Source: Alphaproteobacteria bacterium
GTDB taxonomy: Bacteria; Pseudomonadota; Gammaproteobacteria; JAGOUN01
Reading direction: 5' to 3'
Assembly: GCA_021151585.1 (NCBI GenBank)
Contig: JAGKWX010000002.1
Coordinates: 5,859 to 69,858 of the forward strand
DNA length: 64,000 nucleotides
Position 1 is the stretch's first letter. Every line of letters begins with the position of its first letter. Made by a program: the position numbers and the translations under genes. Shown in pieces: positions 1-11,986 of this stretch. The notes beneath the pieces are model-generated. The model was not told where the DNA came from. It made no database searches and saw only the letters and a program-made list of their open reading frames with translations.

Positions 1-462
1 CCAGGCTTTAAATATAATATGATGGATATGCAAGCCGCGATTGGTTTGCATCAAGTCCCATTATTGGATGGATTTAATCAACAACGAACAGCTCTAGCAA
101 AACGCTATTTAGAAAAGTTAGGTGGTTGGAAACAACTACACCTGCCTCAAATGCCGGATTACGATGCATTGCATGCCTGGCACATTTTCACGCCCTTGAT
201 TAAAATCGAAGAAATTGGCATGGATCGCACAACATTTATGAGCCACTTAAAGGAATACAATATTGGTACCGGCGTACATTACAAAGCAGCGCATCTTTAT
301 CCCTATTATCGTGACAATTATCCTACAATCAAAGGACGGTTATCAAATACAGAATATGTTTCAGACCGTATTATAAGTCTACCACTGTTCCCAACGATGA
401 CATTTGAAGATCAAGATCGCGTAATAGATGCAATGGCCAAAATATTAAATTTGTCAAAATAA
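1..462 (+). CDS. arnB: UDP-4-amino-4-deoxy-L-arabinose--oxoglutarate aminotransferase (DegT/DnrJ/EryC1 family), 3' part; the 5' end lies left of the window
   Basis: The frame is open from nt 1 (PGFKYNMMDMQAAIGL). C-terminal motifs HAWHIF, GIGTGVHYKAAH..YYR and SLPLFPTMT..DRVI match remembered E. coli ArnB. Confidence 0.8.
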   Translation, partial: PGFKYNMMDMQAAIGLHQVPLLDGFNQQRTALAKRYLEKLGGWKQLHLPQMPDYDALHAWHIFTPLIKIEEIGMDRTTFMSHLKEYNIGTGVHYKAAHLYPYYRDNYPTIKGRLSNTEYVSDRIISLPLFPTMTFEDQDRVIDAMAKILNLSK

Positions 463-476
463 ACTAGGAAAATACA

Positions 477-1490
477 ATGTCTAAAAAAGTTTTAATTATA
501 GGTATTAACGGTTTTATCGGTAGTACATTATCAGATATGATTTTGGCTAACACCGACTGGGAAATTTACGGTATGGATTTATATAATGACAAAATCCAAG
601 CCTGCTTGACCAATCCGCGCTTCCACTTTTTTGAGGGTGATCTCACTATTCATTTAGAATGGATCAAATATCACGTTAAAAAATGCGACGTCATTTTACC
701 TCTGGCAGCTATAGCCACACCATCAACCTACGTCAATGATCCATTAAAAGTTTTTAAACTCGACTTCGAAGCAAATCTTGATATTATCAAGCATGCTGTT
801 GCTTATAAAAAACGTATCATTTTTCCATCTACCTCTGAAGTGTACGGCATGAGCCCAGATGAATTTTTTGATGAAGAAACAAGCAATTTGGTGCTAGGAC
901 CTATTAGCAAGCAACGCTGGATTTACTCATGCTCCAAGCAACTACTGGATCGTGTCATTTATGCTTATGGCATTCATGAAGGCTTAAATTACACCATTTT
1001 TAGACCGTTTAATTTTTATGGTCCGCGCTTAGATGATATCAATAAAGGTGGCTCGCGTGTTTTAACACAGTTTATCAGCAATATTATCCATGGCAAAAAT
1101 CTGGAACTCGTCGATGGCGGCGCGCAGCGTCGTTGTTTTTGCTATATCGATGACAGCATCGATGCTTTAATTCGCATAATTGACAACAAAGATAATAAAG
1201 CTAGCCAACAAATCATTAACATAGGCAACCCATATCCTGACTCAGAAGCCTCAATTCGAGAACTTGCTGAAAAGCTATTGGTAGCGTTTTCGCATTTCCC
1301 AAAATACGCTGAACTAGCAAAAAAAGTTAAAGTTATTGACGTAACATCTGAACAATATTACGGAAAAGGCTATCAAGATATGACAACACGTCGCCCGTCA
1401 ATCAAACAAGCGGAAACACTGTTAAATTGGAAGCCAACCGTAAAATTAGAAGATGGTTTAGTGAAAACCTTAGAGTATTATTTGCAGTAA
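477..1490 (+). CDS. arnA: UDP-glucuronate oxidative decarboxylase; stand-alone equivalent of the ArnA C-terminal dehydrogenase domain, with no formyltransferase domain
   Basis: Has a GINGFIGS Rossmann motif. FHFFEGDLTIHLEWIKYHVKKCDVILPLAAIATP and RIIFPSTSEVYGM are near-identical to the remembered E. coli ArnA C-terminal domain. The gene is only 337 aa and starts 14 nt after arnB. Confidence 0.8.
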   Translation: MSKKVLIIGINGFIGSTLSDMILANTDWEIYGMDLYNDKIQACLTNPRFHFFEGDLTIHLEWIKYHVKKCDVILPLAAIATPSTYVNDPLKVFKLDFEANLDIIKHAVAYKKRIIFPSTSEVYGMSPDEFFDEETSNLVLGPISKQRWIYSCSKQLLDRVIYAYGIHEGLNYTIFRPFNFYGPRLDDINKGGSRVLTQFISNIIHGKNLELVDGGAQRRCFCYIDDSIDALIRIIDNKDNKASQQIINIGNPYPDSEASIRELAEKLLVAFSHFPKYAELAKKVKVIDVTSEQYYGKGYQDMTTRRPSIKQAETLLNWKPTVKLEDGLVKTLEYYLQ

Positions 1491-1808
1491 GAATAAAATA
1501 TTTCATCACATGATAAAATTTAATTTTTTTCTGGCGTGTTCGGAATATAATGTCTCGCGCGCAAATTTGCTTTTATTTTTAACAGATATAGAGATATTCA
1601 GTAGACTGTTCTCAACCTTCGTTGTTGATCAACATGCTGGGGCAGCACTCTTTTTTGATTATGTGGGCACTAAATTTCTTGCAGCAATATAGAAGGTGGC
1701 TTGATATGGATATTAACTAAAAAAATGCATTTAAATACCCCGTGTATTTTTTAAAATATAGGCGATGCTTGAAAGTAAAAGACGAAATGGATTGACTAAA
1801 AAATCACT

Positions 1809-1860
1809 GGGAAATTGCTGCAAAAAATTTAAAAAACTAGAGCAGCAATCCCTGGTTTTT
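1809..1860. terminator. Candidate bidirectional stem-loop terminator between arnA and the convergent POT transporter
   Basis: attgctgc (1814-1821) pairs with gcagcaat (1842-1849), extended by ggg/ccc across a 2-nt bulge. The loop is A-rich, with T-runs on both sides. Confidence 0.35.
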
Positions 1861-1903
1861 AGAATTATTTACGATATAACTCGTTAATTTACCTATCGTG
1901 AAA

Positions 1904-4851
<2,948 letters not shown>

Positions 4852-5048
4852 GGGTATCTCTTTAATATAAAAATCTGATTATATCTAAAACAGTGAAAAA
4901 ATCTTGTGATTTTTCAAAAAATTAGTATTATTATATTTCGTGTCTTCGTAATATTTTCTTTTGTAGCTAGGCTGGCATATTATTAATAAGCAAAATGCAT
5001 ATAAATATGCATGAGCACCAACGCTATAGAAGTAAAGACGATGAATAT

Positions 5049-5124
5049 GGGCTGTTAGCTCAGTTGGTAGAGCAGCGGACTCTTAATCCGTAGGTCCTGC
5101 GTTCGAGCCGCAGACAGCCCACCA
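5049..5124 (+). tRNA. tRNA-Lys (anticodon CUU)
   Basis: 76-nt cloverleaf. Acceptor gggctgt/acagccc, anticodon arm gcgga-CTCTTAA-tccgt, T-arm ggttcgagcc-like, encoded CCA end. Confidence 0.9.
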
Positions 5125-5258
5125 CCCTAGACATAACCCTACAGACTCACAAGCGACATAGGCATGCCTTTAAAGCATGCATCAATGCTTGCATTTAAAA
5201 TGAATCATGCCGCTAGCTTAGCGATTAGGTAATTTTTAGAGAAAATTTTTAAAAATAC

Positions 5259-5286
5259 TTGCCATTTTCTACCAATCAAGTATCAT
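5259..5286 (+). promoter_or_regulatory. Candidate sigma-70 promoter for the second tRNA-Lys
   Basis: TTGCCA (5259-5264), 16-nt spacer, TATCAT (5281-5286), about 27 nt upstream of the tRNA 5' end. Confidence 0.4.
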
Positions 5287-5312
5287 AGCGAACTCTCTTC
5301 GAGTATAAGTAT

Positions 5313-5388
5313 GGGTCGTTAGCTCAGTCGGTAGAGCAGCGGACTTTTAATCCGTTGGTCCCGCGTTCAAGTCGCGGACGACCCACCA
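5313..5388 (+). tRNA. tRNA-Lys (anticodon UUU)
   Basis: 76-nt cloverleaf. Acceptor gggtcgt/acgaccc, anticodon loop CTTTTAA, encoded CCA end. Confidence 0.9.
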
Positions 5389-5810
5389 TATTTATTACAT
5401 CTTTAATAAAATCACCACGTTATTGTTCATACGCGACATGCATTATGACAACACAATTTTTCATGGTGTTGTGTTATAAAACATCTGGACCAAACATAAC
5501 GAGCAAACCCGGGTTCCGCAGTTAAAATCTGCCGCATCAACTGAAAACAGCAAATACAGGTGGTTTTGTTCAGATTTTCCCCGCAAGCGGCATGTGTTAG
5601 AGCTGTAAAGAAAATGACTGGAATTCTGCGCGGCAGCGTTTAACCGCGAAGTTCAGTACAAGCAAGGCGCTCAGCCACGGATGCAAACTCAAAAAAAATG
5701 ATCTACCATGACGAAGTTTATGACAAGCGGGGAATATGATAAGGATACAACCAAGCCAAAAATGTATAGGCAGGCAACAAGCTAATTTTAGACAAGCTAG
5801 ATGCCAGAAT

Positions 5811-5853
5811 AAATACAAAAGGGCTAAAATCGACAACTAGTCGAATTCAGCCC
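5811..5853 (-). terminator. Rho-independent terminator of rpsT
   Basis: On the minus strand, gggct...tcgac-tagtt-gtcga...agccc forms a stem-loop. It is followed by TTTTGTATTTATT and lies 15 nt after the rpsT stop. Confidence 0.65.
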
Positions 5854-5867
5854 ACTTGATTAAAAAA

Positions 5868-6146
5868 TTAAGCAGAAGCCTGTGCGCTCATCGCTTTAAT
5901 GCGTTGACTCAAACGACTTTTATGACGCGCAGCTTTATTCTTGTGAATCAAGCCATCGCCAACAACTGTATCTAGCACCGACGTCATTTTGATATACAGT
6001 TTTTTTGCTGATTCAGCATCACCTGTTTCAATCGCAGCTACAGTTTTTTTAATATACGTACGCATCATTGAACGACGGCTAGCATTGTGAGCACGATGCT
6101 TTTCGGCCTGGCGAACGCGTTTTTTTGCTTGTTTGGTATTAGCCAA
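5868..6146 (-). CDS. rpsT: 30S ribosomal protein S20
   Basis: [17 protein letters not shown]... is a classic S20 N-terminus. TTG start preceded by GGAGA. Confidence 0.95.
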   Translation of the reverse strand: MANTKQAKKRVRQAEKHRAHNASRRSMMRTYIKKTVAAIETGDAESAKKLYIKMTSVLDTVVGDGLIHKNKAARHKSRLSQRIKAMSAQASA

Positions 6147-6302
6147 GGGAGTTCTCCAATTAAAAAATCAGTTTTGCAACGCCAAATACAGCGCCGCTAT
6201 CTATAAAATAGCCAGTAATTATATAGCACTTAGGATTGATGTCAATAATGATTTACCGTATAATCTGGCGATTTTCTAACCACAACAACAAGGAACTATT
6301 CC

Positions 6303-6725
6303 ATGGCTATTGAAACCACACTTTCGATCATCAAACCAGATGCCGTTGCGAAAAATGTTATTGGCGCTATTTATGACCGCTTTGAACAAGCCGGCCTTAA
6401 AATTGTTGCCGCTAAAAAACTAAAATTAAGCTCGGAGCAAGCGTCTGAATTCTATGCGATCCACAAAGATCGTCCATTTTTCAACGACTTAGTTACCTTC
6501 ATGAGCTCTGGCCCTGTCATGGTCCAAGCGCTACGCGGCGAAAACGCGGTATTAAAGCACCGTGAAATTATGGGCGCTACAAACCCAGCTCAAGCAGCTC
6601 CTGGCACAATTCGTGCGGATTTTGCTGAATCTATTGATAAAAATGCTGTCCACGGTTCAGATGCCGCAGAAACTGCAGCAGTTGAAATCGCTTTTTTCTT
6701 CAGTCAAAGCGAAATTGTCGGCTAA
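6303..6725 (+). CDS. ndk: Nucleoside diphosphate kinase
   Basis: 140 aa. [10 protein letters not shown] and NAVHGSD (active-site His) motifs. Confidence 0.95.
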   Translation: MAIETTLSIIKPDAVAKNVIGAIYDRFEQAGLKIVAAKKLKLSSEQASEFYAIHKDRPFFNDLVTFMSSGPVMVQALRGENAVLKHREIMGATNPAQAAPGTIRADFAESIDKNAVHGSDAAETAAVEIAFFFSQSEIVG

Positions 6726-6849
6726 GTTCAACATAATTATTTGATATATGACCAGACAAAAAATCAAATGAATCCCTGCGGAGGCGAGCCACCCTCACTC
6801 CGCAAGGCACGATGGCGTATGCTCAAGTCTCAATAAGGTAAAGATAACC

Positions 6850-7947
6850 ATGCAAACTGAAAAAACCAACCTCCTGAATTTTGACCGCAAAGGGATGGGA
6901 GATTATTTTGTTAGCATAGGTGAGCCAGCGTACCGCGCCTCACAAATCATCCAATGGATTCATAAGTTTGGTGCTAAAAATTTTGATGTGATGACTAATG
7001 TTAGCAAAGCATTGCGCGCCCGTTTAGCTGAATTTTGCGAAATCAAAACACCTGAAGTAGTGATGGATAAACTATCCAACGATGGTACTCGCAAGTTTTT
7101 AATTAAATTATCTTGCGGCAATTGCGTTGAAACCGTTTTTATCCCTGAAGATGATCGTGGTACTTTGTGTGTTTCGTCGCAAGTAGGATGCTCATTGAAT
7201 TGCACCTTTTGTTCAACAGGAAGCCAAGGCTACAATCGCGATCTCAGCACCGCGGAAATTATCGGCCAAGTTTATGTCGCACATCACATAATGGCTACGA
7301 CAGAAAAGCCGCGCCCTATTACCAATGTCGTCATGATGGGTATGGGTGAACCATTATTGAATTTTGATAATGTTGTTGCAGCTATGAATATCATGCAAGA
7401 TGATTTTGCTTATAGTATTTCAAAATATAGATTAACATTGAGCACCGCGGGCGTGGTACCAAAAATTTACGAACTAGCAAAAGTTAGCGATGTCGCGTTG
7501 GCAATTTCATTACACGCACCTAACGATGCTTTACGCTCTGAAATCGTTCCTCTCAACAAAAAATATCCCATCAAAGAATTGATGCAAGCATGCAAAGATT
7601 ACTTTAAAGATTCGCCGCGTAGGCATATCACCATGGAATATGTCATGCTAAAAAATGTCAATGACCAACCCGAACACGCAAAACAGCTCATTAAAGTACT
7701 TAGCGATATTAACTGCAAGGTTAACTTAATACCATTTAATCCATTTCCTGGTACACGATATGAACGCTCCGACAGAAAAACTATCGATGCGTTTCGCGAT
7801 ATTTTAATGAAAGCAGGCTTACAAACGGTAACGCGAAAAACTCGCGGTGAAGATATCGATGCGGCTTGCGGACAACTTGCCGGCGAATTTAAAGACCGCA
7901 CCAAACGCAGCGCAAAATTGGCTGCGATTGCGGTGGAAAAACGTTAA
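6850..7947 (+). CDS. rlmN: Dual-specificity 23S rRNA/tRNA adenine-C2 methyltransferase (radical SAM)
   Basis: 365 aa. CxxxCxxC radical SAM cluster ([12 protein letters not shown]) and the C-terminal IDAACGQL motif. ndk-rlmN synteny is common in gammaproteobacteria. Confidence 0.9.
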   Translation: MQTEKTNLLNFDRKGMGDYFVSIGEPAYRASQIIQWIHKFGAKNFDVMTNVSKALRARLAEFCEIKTPEVVMDKLSNDGTRKFLIKLSCGNCVETVFIPEDDRGTLCVSSQVGCSLNCTFCSTGSQGYNRDLSTAEIIGQVYVAHHIMATTEKPRPITNVVMMGMGEPLLNFDNVVAAMNIMQDDFAYSISKYRLTLSTAGVVPKIYELAKVSDVALAISLHAPNDALRSEIVPLNKKYPIKELMQACKDYFKDSPRRHITMEYVMLKNVNDQPEHAKQLIKVLSDINCKVNLIPFNPFPGTRYERSDRKTIDAFRDILMKAGLQTVTRKTRGEDIDAACGQLAGEFKDRTKRSAKLAAIAVEKR

Positions 7948-7969
7948 AATAATTCAAATGTAGATATGT

Positions 7970-8407
7970 TTATGACGCCGCTAAACTAGCGCGTAACATC
8001 CATGCCATTTTTTGATGCGCCTCAAGCCTACCAATCATCATATCTTCTGTAGCATAATCATTATTTTTTGCTGATACTTCTTTTGCTTGCGTCACAGAGA
8101 CTATCACCTGCTCATGACTACTCAATAAATCCGCTAACATTGCTGACGCACTCGAATTCTCATTAGCTTCCTCAACCGTCGTTAGCTTAGAAAAAACCGA
8201 AAATGAAGCGGGCACTTTTTCATCTAAAGCACGAATACGCTCTGCAACTTCATCCACCGCTTCCGCTAATTCATCATATTGCTCTTCAAACATCACATGT
8301 AAACTTTTAAAATTAGCCCCTGTAACATTCCAATGATAGTTTTGTGTTTTTAAATATAACGCATAAGTATCAGCCAATACTTGATGTAAAGCCTCTATTG
8401 TCTTCAT
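7970..8407 (-). CDS. dps: Dps-family DNA-protection/ferritin-like protein
   Basis: 145 aa. LKTQNYHWNVTG..F..LH..FEEQY ferroxidase-site pattern. Confidence 0.85.
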   Translation of the reverse strand: MKTIEALHQVLADTYALYLKTQNYHWNVTGANFKSLHVMFEEQYDELAEAVDEVAERIRALDEKVPASFSVFSKLTTVEEANENSSASAMLADLLSSHEQVIVSVTQAKEVSAKNNDYATEDMMIGRLEAHQKMAWMLRASLAAS

Positions 8408-8433
8408 GATTTCTCCCTAGTAATAATCAATTC

Positions 8434-9978
8434 TTATGGATGCTTCCAACGATAGCCCGTCAAATACACACCACCAATATATCCAGCTAAAACAATAAAA
8501 ATATTCAACGCTAAAAATCCGGCGCGCCAAGATAATGAATGAGCAACCCAAGTTGAAAAATTTGGCGTTAAGATAAACCATAAAATCGTCATGGCAAGCA
8601 ATCCAACTAACATTTGTACAACGAATTTCATCCAACCCGGTTGCAGCTGAAACTTTTCTTTTTTGCGCAAAAAATAAAACAATAATGATGCGTTTAATAT
8701 CGACGAAAAAGAGGTCGCCAGTGCCAATCCTGCGTGCTTTAAATGCCAAACAAAACAAAAAGCAAACGCCGTATTCGCAATCATACAAAAAATACCAATT
8801 TTTACCGGCAATTTAATGTTTTGTTTGGCATAAAATCCTGACGCAAGAACCTTAACACACATTGCACCGGTCAAGCCGACCGCAAAAGCGATTAAACTCT
8901 GCAAGGTCATGTGCGCAGCATGCTCATCAAAGGCACCATGCTCAAACAAGGTCACAACAATAGGGCCTGATAATAAAATCAACCCCAAGGTTGATGGTAA
9001 AGCAATTAATAAAATCAAACGCAAACCCCAATCCATGGTACGCTCGTATTTTTCTTGCTCTTGCCCTGCATGACTACGTGACAATCGTGGCAAAATTACC
9101 GTCGCAATAGCAACTGCAAATACACCTAAAGGCAATTGCACAACTCGGTCAGAAAAATATAACCATGATAAACTTCCCACCGCTAAAAATGATGCGAACC
9201 ATTGGTCGATCATCAAATTAATTTGCCCAACCGATACGCCAAACAAGGCAGGCGTCATCAACTTTAACACACGCCTTACACCCGGATCTTTCAATGATGG
9301 ACGCGGCATGGGCATGCGTCTAATACGCAATAGAAAAGGAATTTGAAAGAATAATTGCAATAGCCCACCGATAAAAACACCAATCGCCAAACCTACAATT
9401 GGGCGATCTAAGTGCGGACAAATGAACAACACACTACCGACAACCGCAATATTCAATAATACTGGCGTAAATGCTGGCACACCAAAACGATCGTAACAAT
9501 TCAATACCGCAGCACCGAGCGCTGCCAATGAAACAAACAATAAATACGGAAAGGTAATTTTCAACATAATGCTAGTTAAATCAAAACGCGGATCGGTATG
9601 ACTAAAGCCAGGTGCAAAAAGCATGACAACAAATGGTGAAGCCACAATACCAACAGTCATAACTATCAGTAACGTTAACGCCAACACGCCAGAAATATGG
9701 TTGAGAAATTGCTGAACCTCTCCCTCTCCGCGCAATTTACGATACTCTGATAATACAGGTACAAACGCTTGTGAAAAAGCGCCATCGGAAAATAGACGTC
9801 GCATAAAATTTGGAATTTTATTCGCTAATACAAAAGCATCTGCTTCAAAACTGGCGCCAAACGCATTAGCAACTAACATATCACGAGCAAAACCTATGAT
9901 TCGCGAAATAAATGTACAGCAAGAGACAAGCAAAGTTGAGCGTGACAAACTTTTCTTTTTGGTAGTTGAGGTATACAT
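8434..9978 (-). CDS. murJ: Lipid II flippase MurJ (MviN)
   Basis: 514-aa polytopic protein. FISRIIGFARD..VANAFGAS..ADAF is the typical MurJ N-terminus. Confidence 0.9.
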   Translation of the reverse strand: MYTSTTKKKSLSRSTLLVSCCTFISRIIGFARDMLVANAFGASFEADAFVLANKIPNFMRRLFSDGAFSQAFVPVLSEYRKLRGEGEVQQFLNHISGVLALTLLIVMTVGIVASPFVVMLFAPGFSHTDPRFDLTSIMLKITFPYLLFVSLAALGAAVLNCYDRFGVPAFTPVLLNIAVVGSVLFICPHLDRPIVGLAIGVFIGGLLQLFFQIPFLLRIRRMPMPRPSLKDPGVRRVLKLMTPALFGVSVGQINLMIDQWFASFLAVGSLSWLYFSDRVVQLPLGVFAVAIATVILPRLSRSHAGQEQEKYERTMDWGLRLILLIALPSTLGLILLSGPIVVTLFEHGAFDEHAAHMTLQSLIAFAVGLTGAMCVKVLASGFYAKQNIKLPVKIGIFCMIANTAFAFCFVWHLKHAGLALATSFSSILNASLLFYFLRKKEKFQLQPGWMKFVVQMLVGLLAMTILWFILTPNFSTWVAHSLSWRAGFLALNIFIVLAGYIGGVYLTGYRWKHP

Positions 9979-10111
9979 AGGAAGTCAATATAAACAATTT
10001 AAGATACGCTAGCATTTCAAGACAAGTTGAGCAAGTTAAATAGCACAGGCCCTCTTCACTCGACTCAAATATCCAGTATAATCTTCTACTTTACTATTGG
10101 CTGAGAAAATT

Positions 10112-11047
10112 ATGGATTTAAGCGTTATTATTCCTATTTATAACGAAGAACACAACATTCCCTTATTATATGAACGTTTGAACGCCGTGCTATCGAAACT
10201 AGCTCAAAGCTATGAAATTATTTTAGTCAACGATGGCAGTCACGATAAATCTGAGCAATTACTAGACAAAATTTACAGTCAAGACCCCCAGCATGTGCGT
10301 GTTATCGATTTCAATGGCAACTTTGGTCAACATATGGCCATCATGGCGGGCTTGGAACAGAGCGTTGGCAAAACCGTTATTACCCTCGATGCCGATCTTC
10401 AAAACCCACCTGAAGAAATCCCCAAGTTGTTAGCTGAGATAGCTAAAGGCCATGATATTGTCGAAGGCGTACGCCAAGTCCGTAAAGATAATGCGTTTCG
10501 ACGCTATGCGTCCCGCCTGAACAACTGGATTCGCCAAAAAACCACTGGCATTCGTTTACAGGATCAAGGCTCAATGTTACGTGCTTATGATCGTCGTGTT
10601 GTCGAATTAATGTTGATGAGCAAAGAACGCTCAACATTTATTCCTGCGCTAGCTTATAGTTATGCCTCCAACCCAGGCTTTATTCCGGTTGATCATGCCG
10701 AAAGAAATGAAGGCAAATCGAAATATAGCATTACGCGCCTACTCCGTTTACATTTTGATTTGATGGCCGGTTTTTCTTCTGCGCCTTTACAATTCGTCAC
10801 TTTCACCGGCATGGGCGTTGCCATGTTGAGTTTTTTGTTTTTTATTTACATGATTTTTCGCCGAATAATCATTGGCCCTGAAGCTGAAGGTTTGTTTACA
10901 TTGTTTGCCATTGTATTTTTCTTGCTAGGATTATTATTATTTAGCGTCGGCATTGTCGGTGAATATGTCGGGCGCATTTATTTAGAAGTCAGGCATCGTC
11001 CGCGCTTTGTGATTAAAAAAATCTTGTCGAATGAACATCATGAATAA
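10112..11047 (+). CDS. arnC: Undecaprenyl-phosphate 4-deoxy-4-formamido-L-arabinose transferase (GT2)
   Basis: GT2 core (SVIIPIYNEE, NDGSHD, LDADLQ) plus two C-terminal TM helices. Immediately followed by arnD. ATG at 10112 is preferred over the TTG at 10097. Confidence 0.8.
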   Translation: MDLSVIIPIYNEEHNIPLLYERLNAVLSKLAQSYEIILVNDGSHDKSEQLLDKIYSQDPQHVRVIDFNGNFGQHMAIMAGLEQSVGKTVITLDADLQNPPEEIPKLLAEIAKGHDIVEGVRQVRKDNAFRRYASRLNNWIRQKTTGIRLQDQGSMLRAYDRRVVELMLMSKERSTFIPALAYSYASNPGFIPVDHAERNEGKSKYSITRLLRLHFDLMAGFSSAPLQFVTFTGMGVAMLSFLFFIYMIFRRIIIGPEAEGLFTLFAIVFFLLGLLLFSVGIVGEYVGRIYLEVRHRPRFVIKKILSNEHHE

Positions 11048-11945
11048 AAAAATCGGTTTAAAAATTGATGTCGATACCGAACGCGGTACACGCATTGGCG
11101 TTAAAAATCTTCTAGCATTATTTGCAAAATACGATGTGCAAGCGACATTCTTATTTTCATTAGGTCCAGACAATACAGGCCGAGCATTAAAAAGAATTTT
11201 TCGCCCAGGTTTTTTGAAAAAAGTAAGTCGTACCAGCGTTGTTAGCACATATGGCATTAAAACATTAGTGAACGGCGTTTTATGGCCAGGGCCACATATT
11301 GCAAACAAGCACGCAGAAATTTTGCGCGAAGTTGATAAGGCCGGACACGAGGTTGGCATTCATTGTTACGATCATTGCAAATGGCAAGATTATTTATTTA
11401 CCTGGGATGCAGCAGAAACCAAAAAAGAGTTTAATCGCGCAGTAAGCGAATTCGAAAATGTTTTTCATCGCCCACCGAAATCAGCTGGCACCCCAGGCTG
11501 GCAAGCGAATGCCAATAGTTTGCAAGCGTATGATGATGCGCATTTATTGTATGGCAGCGATAGCCGCGGGCCTTATCCTTTTTATCCAAAAATAAATGGC
11601 AAAGTATTTAAAACACTACAAATCCCCTCCAATTTGCCCACATTGGATGAATTGCTTGGTCGGCCAGAACACCCCTTAGAAACCATCACTGAGACACTAA
11701 TACAACTATGTGAAGCGCGCTCGGAAGATGAAGTATTTACGTTACACGCTGAATTAGAAGGCATGCGATATCTTGCATGGTTTGAGCAATTTATTGTAAA
11801 TGCTCAACAACGTGGCTTTCAATGTGTCCCTGTGGAAACACTAGCTCACAAAGCCCTGGAAAACAAATCAAATATTCCTGTCTGCGAATTGATCCAAGGT
11901 GAAGTTGAAGGAAGATCTGGCACGTTGGCAAAATCACTTGTTTGA
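11040..11945 (+). CDS. arnD: 4-deoxy-4-formamido-L-arabinose-phosphoundecaprenol deformylase (polysaccharide deacetylase fold)
   Basis: MNKKIGLKIDVDTERGT..GV..LL......V.ATFLFSLGPDN is collinear with remembered E. coli ArnD. Overlaps the arnC stop. An alternative ATG lies at 11031. Confidence 0.8.
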   Translation: MNKKIGLKIDVDTERGTRIGVKNLLALFAKYDVQATFLFSLGPDNTGRALKRIFRPGFLKKVSRTSVVSTYGIKTLVNGVLWPGPHIANKHAEILREVDKAGHEVGIHCYDHCKWQDYLFTWDAAETKKEFNRAVSEFENVFHRPPKSAGTPGWQANANSLQAYDDAHLLYGSDSRGPYPFYPKINGKVFKTLQIPSNLPTLDELLGRPEHPLETITETLIQLCEARSEDEVFTLHAELEGMRYLAWFEQFIVNAQQRGFQCVPVETLAHKALENKSNIPVCELIQGEVEGRSGTLAKSLV

Positions 11946-11986
11946 CGGTCTATTTTTTTACAACTTATAAATCAAACGAACAACGA

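Noticed and set aside
1510-1692. 60-aa ORF after arnA.
   Set aside because: It is short, with no SD and low-complexity hydrophobic content in an intergenic AT-rich spacer. It is probably spurious.
4995-5012. Inverted repeat ATGCATA-TAAA-TATGCAT upstream of tRNA-Lys(CUU).
   Set aside because: It is a short AT-rich palindrome that is easily produced by chance in this composition, and there is no supporting context.
5480-5760. I considered whether the non-coding region after tRNA-Lys encodes an RsmY/RsmZ-type sRNA (multiple GGA motifs, upstream LetA box).
   Set aside because: About five GGA triplets in about 260 nt is close to chance for this base composition. They are not obviously in hairpin loops. 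No TNAGAAATTTCTNA-like LetA box was seen.
5049-5810. I looked for a genomic island, integrase or attachment-site repeat at the tRNA-Lys genes.
   Set aside because: There is no integrase, no transposase, and no repeat of the tRNA 3' end within the window. The flanking genes are core.
5597-5836. 79-aa ORF on the minus strand.
   Set aside because: The composition is Cys/Leu/Phe/His-rich and non-protein-like, there is no SD, and it overlaps the rpsT terminator.
5821-5853. The minus-strand sequence gggctgaattcgac... superficially resembles the 5' end of tmRNA (GGGGCUGAUUCUGGAUUCGAC).
   Set aside because: There is no tRNA-like 3' end (T-arm plus a CCA-pairing acceptor), no tag-peptide reading frame ending in ..ALAA/..AA stop, and no pseudoknot region. 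The element folds as a simple hairpin followed by a T-run 15 nt after rpsT, so it is the rpsT terminator.
8417-8788. 123-aa minus-strand ORF overlapping murJ in another frame.
   Set aside because: It is entirely contained within murJ and has non-protein-like composition.
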